This document shows positions 29,470 to 34,820 of a stretch of DNA of 34,820 nt, piece by piece (the first letter of the stretch is position 1; the number at the start of each line of letters is the position of its first letter). The stretch lies in IMG/VR virus record IMGVR_UViG_2698536657_000023, positions 1 through 34,820 of that record, one strand, 5' to 3'. Under the pieces are notes generated by a model. It was not told the origin of the DNA and did no database searches. It was given only the letters and a program-made list of their open reading frames with translations. A program made the translations under genes and the position numbers. Origin of the DNA: a virus. Taxonomy: Duplodnaviria > Heunggongvirae > Uroviricota > Caudoviricetes.

Positions 29470-29769
29470 ATGACAGTAGTCATTACATATCTGGCTGACG
29501 ATAACGCCAGAAATCGCCGCAGAGCACGCAGACAGGCTCAACGTGAACAGGCGATGCAAGAACAGCGACTGGCGCGAAAAATTGCGCTAAAGCTCTCTGG
29601 TTGCGTCAGAGCGGATAAAGCAGCATCACTCGGAATCCTTCGCTGCAAGAAGGCAGATGAAGTCGAGAGTAAACAGAATCGTATTTACTACCGCAAGCCA
29701 CGCAGTGAAATGGGTGTGACTTGTGTTGGTCGCCAGAAAATGAAATTAGGCAGCAAACCACTTATTTGA
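29470..29769 (+). CDS. N-like transcription antiterminator
   Basis: 99-aa basic protein with arginine-rich motif NARNRRRARRQAQREQ near the N-terminus; strong SD GGAGG; first gene after PL/nutL. Confidence 0.65.
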   Translation: MTVVITYLADDNARNRRRARRQAQREQAMQEQRLARKIALKLSGCVRADKAASLGILRCKKADEVESKQNRIYYRKPRSEMGVTCVGRQKMKLGSKPLI

Positions 29770-29777
29770 GGTGATAT

Positions 29778-30248
29778 ATGACAAAATCATGGAGCGTACC
29801 TTTTCCTGAATCAGAAACTGAACATGATGGAATGCCTGTTTTCTGGAGATTCCAAGCGACAGTTGAAGAAGATGGAATCAAAATATTCGCACTTCAATAT
29901 ATAGCTTTTCATCAGACAGAGCATTATGCATGGTTGGTTCCTGCGCATTGGATTGTTAATTTTAAACCAGCACCAAATCAGTGGTTACAGGAATGGAAAC
30001 AAAGGAGAAATAGATATGCAATTAAGAAAGTAGCAAAAAATGCAGAAAGATCTTTTGCATTCCCGACGAAGAAACTTGCCATTGAAAGTTTATTGCGCCG
30101 GAAGAAATACCATTTGATGAGAATCAAACAAGATTTGGCTGTTGTATCAACTCTTGTTGATGGGATGAAGAATATTGATACATCAACACCAGGTATTGAA
30201 TATAACTTTGGACACAACCAAGAAACAGAAAACTGGGTGTTTTATTAG
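29778..30248 (+). CDS. Hypothetical Trp-rich protein, AT-rich gene downstream of N
   Basis: 156 aa; SD GAGGTGA; visibly lower GC than neighbours; soluble, basic; no recognised motif. Confidence 0.7.
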   Translation: MTKSWSVPFPESETEHDGMPVFWRFQATVEEDGIKIFALQYIAFHQTEHYAWLVPAHWIVNFKPAPNQWLQEWKQRRNRYAIKKVAKNAERSFAFPTKKLAIESLLRRKKYHLMRIKQDLAVVSTLVDGMKNIDTSTPGIEYNFGHNQETENWVFY

Positions 30249-30352
30249 TACGAATAAGCACTGTGTATTCATTCCAACGAGTGAATACACGGAGCAATGT
30301 CGCTCGTAACTAAACAGGAGCCGACTTGTTCTGATTATTGGAAATCTTCTTT

Positions 30353-30376
30353 GCCCTCCAGTGTGAGGGCTTTTTT
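30353..30376 (+). terminator. Strong intrinsic terminator (tL1-like)
   Basis: GCCCTC-CAGTGT-GAGGGC followed by TTTTTT. Confidence 0.75.
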
Positions 30377-30442
30377 ATATGCATACCAATAACGCTTCAC
30401 TCGAGGCGTTTTCGTTATGCAATCAAACAGAAGGAGCATCCT

Positions 30443-30613
30443 ATGCAACAGTTCGCTATTGCAGGGGCGGCATCGGTTCGCCCTTTCAACCCGATTTTAT
30501 CGGTACAGCATTCACGAAAAAACATTTTAACCGGAGCAGACTTTAAACAACCAAGAATGAAAAGCTTGCTCGAAAAGCTTTGGGATATTTTGAAACAACA
30601 AGGCCGTCCATGA
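30443..30613 (+). CDS. cIII: CIII-like protein (FtsH/HflB inhibitor)
   Basis: 56 aa from MQQFAIAG...KSLLEKLWDILKQQGRP, resembles lambda CIII (MQYAIAG...LIDILNQPG); SD AAGGAG; the track ORF starts upstream inside the terminator. Confidence 0.65.
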   Translation: MQQFAIAGAASVRPFNPILSVQHSRKNILTGADFKQPRMKSLLEKLWDILKQQGRP

Positions 30614-30780
30614 GTTTTACGGATAACTGGTCAGACGAAGAATTCATTCGTCAGATGAAAGATTTAATCGGTAACGAAGGAGATATTCATGTCACTTGCA
30701 ACCACAGTGAAGGAGAGCAAGTTACAGAGACGCATGTACACGCAGCAGGCGTTAATGTATCGCCAGAAGGGAGATCGTGA
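30610..30780 (+). CDS. Small hypothetical protein (kil/arf position)
   Basis: 56 aa, start coupled to the cIII stop (ATGA); acidic. Confidence 0.4.
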   Translation: MSFTDNWSDEEFIRQMKDLIGNEGDIHVTCNHSEGEQVTETHVHAAGVNVSPEGRS

Positions 30781-30869
30781 AGGTGTTCGCGTATTTTTAA
30801 ATGCGGCAAAGACTGAAGTATTAAATCAGCGTTATTTCCTTGGGCCGTGTCCATTCTGAGAACAATCAT

Positions 30870-31475
30870 ATGAGCAAAGAATTTTACGCAAGACTGGCAG
30901 CTATTCAGGAGAATCTGAACGCGCCAAAGAATCAGTACAACTCATTCGGTAAATATAAATACAGAAGCTGCGAAGACATTCTTGAAGGCGTTAAGCCGTT
31001 ACTGAATGGCCTGTTTTTATCAATCAGTGATGAAGTTGTGTTGATTGGTGATCGGTATTACGTGAAAGCCACGGCAACTATTACTGATGGCGAAAACAGT
31101 CATACGGCAACCGCTCTTGCACGAGAGGAAGAAAGCAAGAAAGGAATGGATTCTGCACAAGTTACGGGAGCTACAAGCTCTTATGCACGCAAGTATTGCC
31201 TCAATGGTTTGTTCGGCATTGATGATGCGAAAGATGCAGATACCGACGAGCATAAACATCAGCAGAACGCAGCAGCAAAGCAATCAAAACCATCACCTAC
31301 ACCTGAACAGGTTCTAAAAGCATTCACTGACGCAGCAATGCAGAAAAACACTGTAGAAGAGCTTAAACAGGCGTTCGCCAAAGCGTGGAAGATGCTCGAA
31401 GGCACACCGGAGCAGCACAAAGCGCAGGACGTTTACAACATCAGACGAGACGAATTAGAAGGAGCTGCTGCTTAA
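30870..31475 (+). CDS. erf: Erf single-strand annealing recombinase (P22 type)
   Basis: 201 aa from MSKEFYARLAAIQENLNAPKNQYNSFGKYKYRSCEDILEGVKPLL..., closely matches P22 Erf. Confidence 0.9.
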   Translation: MSKEFYARLAAIQENLNAPKNQYNSFGKYKYRSCEDILEGVKPLLNGLFLSISDEVVLIGDRYYVKATATITDGENSHTATALAREEESKKGMDSAQVTGATSSYARKYCLNGLFGIDDAKDADTDEHKHQQNAAAKQSKPSPTPEQVLKAFTDAAMQKNTVEELKQAFAKAWKMLEGTPEQHKAQDVYNIRRDELEGAAA

Positions 31476-31858
31476 TGGCACATTCGATTACTGTAAGACT
31501 AAACAAGCCCGCAAGAGAGTTTCAGGCCGGGGAAAATATCGGATTCAACATCCGTGCTGGCGTTCAGTATTACGATCGCCAGACAAAAAAGAAAGAATGG
31601 ACAAACTACAGCGCCGTTGTATTTGCCAAGCCGGGAGCGCAAGCGGATTACTACCGTAGTGTTCTTGTTGAAGGTGGCATTGTTGAAATTACCGGAGAAA
31701 ACATCAGGGTTGATGTTTATCAGGGGCAAAATGGTCAATCAATCACTCTTGAATTACTGAATGCAAAGATTGGATTTGCAGCTTCAGGAAATGGCCCGCA
31801 GCAGCAAAGTAGTAACCAGCAGAACACTCCTGTATACGACGATTCCATCCCATTCTGA
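31475..31858 (+). CDS. ssb: Single-stranded DNA-binding protein
   Basis: 127 aa from internal Met coupled to the erf stop (TAATG); OB-fold-like N-domain, Gly/Gln-rich linker and acidic C-terminal tail DDSIPF typical of SSB. Confidence 0.75.
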   Translation: MAHSITVRLNKPAREFQAGENIGFNIRAGVQYYDRQTKKKEWTNYSAVVFAKPGAQADYYRSVLVEGGIVEITGENIRVDVYQGQNGQSITLELLNAKIGFAASGNGPQQQSSNQQNTPVYDDSIPF

Positions 31859-31881
31859 TTTAGAAAAATAAGGATTTAATT

Positions 31882-32178
31882 ATGCCAGCGCCTCTGTATG
31901 GTGCGGATGACCCACGCCGCTGTTCCGGCAATTCCGTATCGGAGGTGCTGGATAAATTCAGGAAAAACTACGACCGGATAATGTCGCTACCGCAGGAAAC
32001 GAAAGAGGAAAAGGAATTTCGCCATTGTATATGGCTTGCAGAGAAAGAAGAACGCGAGCGAATTTACCAGACATCAATCCGACCATTCCGCAAAGCCACA
32101 TATACCCACTTCCCTGAATATATCGACCCGCGCCTGCGTAATTACCGATCACGTTATGGCGCTATCAGTAATGACTGA
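31882..32178 (+). CDS. Hypothetical protein (possibly Abc2-like anti-RecBCD, unverified)
   Basis: 98 aa, SD AAGGAT; position after erf/ssb is where P22 carries abc genes; assignment is positional only. Confidence 0.55.
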   Translation: MPAPLYGADDPRRCSGNSVSEVLDKFRKNYDRIMSLPQETKEEKEFRHCIWLAEKEERERIYQTSIRPFRKATYTHFPEYIDPRLRNYRSRYGAISND

Positions 32179-32188
32179 GGAATTTACC

Positions 32189-32353
32189 ATGAGAGGACTT
32201 GCATACAATCCCGGCATTCTTCCGGCAGAAATGATTATTCGCCAACGCGTAAAGCCAATGCCATCGAGAGAGGAATTGCTTAAGAGAAATTCTTTTCCAT
32301 CAGTGAATCAAAACAAATATCTGAATGCGATGTGGCGGAGTGGGAAGAAATGA
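32189..32353 (+). CDS. Small hypothetical protein
   Basis: About 54 aa from ATG with GAGGA 8 nt upstream; stop coupled to the next start; alternative starts at 32156 or 32171 possible. Confidence 0.3.
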   Translation: MRGLAYNPGILPAEMIIRQRVKPMPSREELLKRNSFPSVNQNKYLNAMWRSGKK

Positions 32354-32766
32354 AACAAATGTCACTAATTGAGATGGATGGATTTCTGAAAGGTAAATGC
32401 ATCCCACGAGATTTAAAGGTTAACGAAACAAACGCTGAATATCTGGTGCGTAAATTTGCTGAAGCGGAGGCCAAGTGCGCGGCGCTGGCGGCGGAGAATG
32501 CGGCAATGCATGAAACTATTGAAGCCGTTCGGAGTGTTGCGGATAACTCCAGTGGAATTGCCGGATGGCATTTGAATGGCGATATCGCTACATGGGAAGA
32601 GATTCTTCCTGAAATTAACGATATCGAAACCCAAGCCACCGATGCTTTTCTGGATGAAGTACGGGCGCAGGGCGTGGAGATGTTTGCTGACCATCTGTTG
32701 TGCCCAGACCTTGATGACACTATCCGTGACTTTGCTGCCCAGCTTCGCAAAGGAGGCAACCAGTGA
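32350..32766 (+). CDS. Hypothetical protein (ea region)
   Basis: 138 aa from the ATG overlapping the upstream stop (ATGA); Ala/Glu-rich helical segment. Confidence 0.6.
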   Translation: MKQMSLIEMDGFLKGKCIPRDLKVNETNAEYLVRKFAEAEAKCAALAAENAAMHETIEAVRSVADNSSGIAGWHLNGDIATWEEILPEINDIETQATDAFLDEVRAQGVEMFADHLLCPDLDDTIRDFAAQLRKGGNQ

Positions 32767-33515
32767 GCGAAATTAATTACCAGGCACTGCGTGAGGCGGC
32801 GGAACATGCAATTCCAGCAATGGAACGCCTGTTAATGTTGCCAGCTGATGATGATTTGTTAACTGAACAGGAACTTAAGGATTACGGTGTGGATATTGAT
32901 TCGCTCAACGCCTTCAAATTTCTGACCGGACCAGAAACCGTGCTGGCACTACTGGATGAACGGGAAAGAAACCAGCAATACATAAAATGCCGCGACCAGG
33001 AGAACGAGGATATTGCGCTAACGGTAGGGAAGCTGAGAGTTGAGCTTGAGGAAGTAAAACAACACGCTGAAGAATTATCCGAAACCAAGGCTGTTCGTAA
33101 CCAATGGCGGCCAGATATTTGCCCAATAACCGGACGTGCATTTTTCATGTGGATTGAGCATCCAACATTGGGAAATGTGCCGACATATGGTGGCCCATTA
33201 GATAGTTACACCATTCCAACAAAGGACGGTGACGGTGAGTTTTCATGTGAGCGTTACGATCATGATTTTGGCGGTTGGGTAGAAAGCGAATGTCTTGGGT
33301 TATATCTGATTGATGATAGAGAACAATGCAGGGTCTACGAACTGGAGGAACGCGTTAAGGAACTGGATGCTCGGGAAATATCGCTCCCGGAACGTAGCAG
33401 CATGCTTCATCGAACAGATTTTCACGATGATTACCAAACGGTAATGGCATACAAAGTTTCTGAAGTCATCGATGCAATCCGCGCCGCAGGCATTCGCATC
33501 AAAGGAGGTGAGTAA
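32763..33515 (+). CDS. Ead/Ea22-like family protein
   Basis: 250 aa; N-terminal [16 protein letters not shown] and coiled-coil segment typical of prophage Ea22-like proteins; GTG start with SD AGGAGG, overlapping previous stop. Confidence 0.6.
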   Translation: MSEINYQALREAAEHAIPAMERLLMLPADDDLLTEQELKDYGVDIDSLNAFKFLTGPETVLALLDERERNQQYIKCRDQENEDIALTVGKLRVELEEVKQHAEELSETKAVRNQWRPDICPITGRAFFMWIEHPTLGNVPTYGGPLDSYTIPTKDGDGEFSCERYDHDFGGWVESECLGLYLIDDREQCRVYELEERVKELDAREISLPERSSMLHRTDFHDDYQTVMAYKVSEVIDAIRAAGIRIKGGE

Positions 33516-33701
33516 TGCGTGTGGCATGTATCGGCTTGTTACCGTACCCGACTCGTTTTTGGGCTTCTGCGCTAATTGCAAAGCCGTATGTCCTGATGGC
33601 TGACAACATCATCCCGGCACCAAAGCGCCGCCATACCGGTATTGCAGCGGCACGACGAGCAGCAAAGAGACGCAGGAGAGCAAAGCGATGAAAAACCGTA
33701 A
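33516..33701 (+). CDS. Small hypothetical protein
   Basis: 61-aa ORF read by hand (MRVACIGLLPYPTRFWASAL...) with strong SD AGGAGG; not in the supplied ORF track, so low confidence. Confidence 0.3.
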
Positions 33702-33864
33702 GGCAAAACGACTTTTTTTACAGCGACCTGTGCGTGTGGTGGAGCTGGTTATTAGCAACCATAAGATAGCGGTACTCCATCCATTTGGTCAGGTGGCTTT
33801 TGCCGCAAAGCGTAAGCCTACTGCGTCACAGAACAGGCGGAAGAAAGGGTACGCTGTAAGATGA
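33688..33864 (+). CDS. Small basic protein, MKNRKAK paralog 1
   Basis: 58-aa ORF (MKNRKAKRLFLQRPVRVVELV...) with SD GGAGAG; stop coupled to the next start (ATGA); same N-terminus as the following gene. Confidence 0.35.
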   Translation: MKNRKAKRLFLQRPVRVVELVISNHKIAVLHPFGQVAFAAKRKPTASQNRRKKGYAVR

Positions 33865-34049
33865 AAAACCGTAAAGCAAAGATTCTGTTAGTTCGTAGAA
33901 ACGCTCCTGGCGTCTGGCAGTGGGTGAGACTCAGCAACCGACGGATGGGGTTGATGAAATATTACGGGATGATGGATTGTGGTTTTTGCAAAAAGCCCAG
34001 CGCGGCGCAAAACCGCTGGAAAAACCACTTGCGCACTAAAGGAGAGTGA
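33861..34049 (+). CDS. Small basic protein, MKNRKAK paralog 2
   Basis: 62 aa (MKNRKAKILLVRRNAPGVWQWVRLS...CGFCKK...). Confidence 0.45.
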   Translation: MKNRKAKILLVRRNAPGVWQWVRLSNRRMGLMKYYGMMDCGFCKKPSAAQNRWKNHLRTKGE

Positions 34050-34050
34050 T

Positions 34051-34260
34051 ATGGCTATCGCTGCAAGTTACACCATGCATCTCTATTGTGATTGCCTCCA
34101 GTGTACAGATGGCAAATATAAGTCGCCAGACTTCGGTGAGTATATAGGTACGTCATGGGCTGGCTGTGCAAAAGAGGCGCGCAAGGATGGCTGGCGAATA
34201 AGCAAAGACAAAACGCGTGCTTTTGCGCCCGGGCATAAAGTTTTGAGGATTAACAAATGA
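34051..34260 (+). CDS. Small Cys-rich hypothetical protein
   Basis: 69 aa from internal ATG with SD AAGGAGAG; Cys cluster YCDCLQC...GC suggests a zinc ribbon; stop coupled to the next start. Confidence 0.5.
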   Translation: MAIAASYTMHLYCDCLQCTDGKYKSPDFGEYIGTSWAGCAKEARKDGWRISKDKTRAFAPGHKVLRINK

Positions 34261-34820
34261 CCACTATAACCAAAGAGCGACTGCTGACAATCAAGCAGTG
34301 GCGCGAAACATACGGACCGGGTAGCAACGTTGTACTGCCAGCAGAAGAAGCGGAAGAACTGGCACGGATTGCTCTGGCATCGCTGGAAGCAAAACCAATA
34401 GGTGCATTCCACATTGCAGAACAGCAAGTTGACGGCACAAGTGACTACCTCAAGGATGGAGAATGGCCTATTGATAATGGAATTATTGAGGTCTACGCCG
34501 CTCCCCCCGTTCCAGTAGTACCGGAAGAAAAACCAATGCCTAATCCTCTTAGCATGTACGCGGTTGATGCTGTTGCCGCTATTGCAGAGGTGAGAGGCTG
34601 GAACGCCTGCCGCGCCGCCATGCTTCAGTCCGGAAACTTTCGGGAAAATAAGAATTCGTCAACCAATAATTTTCTGGAAATCGCGGAAACGTCAACCAAC
34701 TATCCGGTAATTCCTAGTGAAGTGTTGTCCGCAATCCTGAAGGTTGCCAAGATTCGTGCCGATTTCGATGATTTTGACGGTGACAGGCGAGGTATCGGTG
34801 ATTGTCTGGATGAGGCGTAA
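34257..34820 (+). CDS. Hypothetical prophage protein (ea region)
   Basis: 187-aa complete ORF ending at the window edge; Pro-rich linker (PPVPVVPEEKPMPNP) between two domains. Confidence 0.6.
   Translation: MTTITKERLLTIKQWRETYGPGSNVVLPAEEAEELARIALASLEAKPIGAFHIAEQQVDGTSDYLKDGEWPIDNGIIEVYAAPPVPVVPEEKPMPNPLSMYAVDAVAAIAEVRGWNACRAAMLQSGNFRENKNSSTNNFLEIAETSTNYPVIPSEVLSAILKVAKIRADFDDFDGDRRGIGDCLDEA

Noticed and set aside
30262-30290. 9-bp perfect hairpin GTGTATTCA...TGAATACAC after the 156-aa gene
   Set aside because: No U-tract; the real terminator is the GC hairpin plus T6 at 30353-30376. Possibly an RNase or protein-binding site, but unsupported.
1-34820. CRISPR arrays, IS elements/transposases, integrase
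   Set aside because: No regularly spaced direct repeats, no transposase-like ORF and no tyrosine recombinase in the window; the integrase is expected beyond the right edge.

Overview
Almost the whole window is one mosaic lambdoid prophage lying next to the host gene dacD (1..1167, minus strand). From about 1.9 kb to 20.2 kb the minus strand carries a P22/Sf6-type late operon read right to left: terS, terL, portal, scaffold, coat, gp4, gp10, gp26 tail needle, gp14, gp7/gp20/gp16 ejection proteins and a tailspike at the prophage edge, with rha and the lysis cassette (S, R, Rz/Rz1) upstream. From 20.2 kb to 27.9 kb, still on the minus strand, are a lambda-type late control region (Q, PR', tR'), a nin region (ninB, ninE, ninF, ninG, ninH, ninI) interrupted by a Dam-family methyltransferase and an extra 121-aa gene, a P22-type replication pair (O-like initiator with internal iterons, DnaB-like helicase), cII and cro. 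The immunity region is non-lambda: cI on the plus strand, flanked by three OR and two OL operators sharing a 13-bp consensus, followed by a co-transcribed 3-TM membrane protein, PL, nutL and an N-like antiterminator. The plus strand then continues with an AT-rich 156-aa gene, cIII-like, erf, ssb and a chain of small ea-region genes to the window end; the integrase and the second attachment site must lie beyond 34820. No tRNA, CRISPR array, IS element or recognisable multi-gene defence system was seen. The best candidates for undescribed function are the lysogen-expressed membrane protein downstream of cI and the AT-rich gene after N. All calls are from reading the sequence and from recalled similarity to lambda, P22 and Sf6 proteins; no database search was run, and by-eye coordinates of short sites may be off by a base or two.
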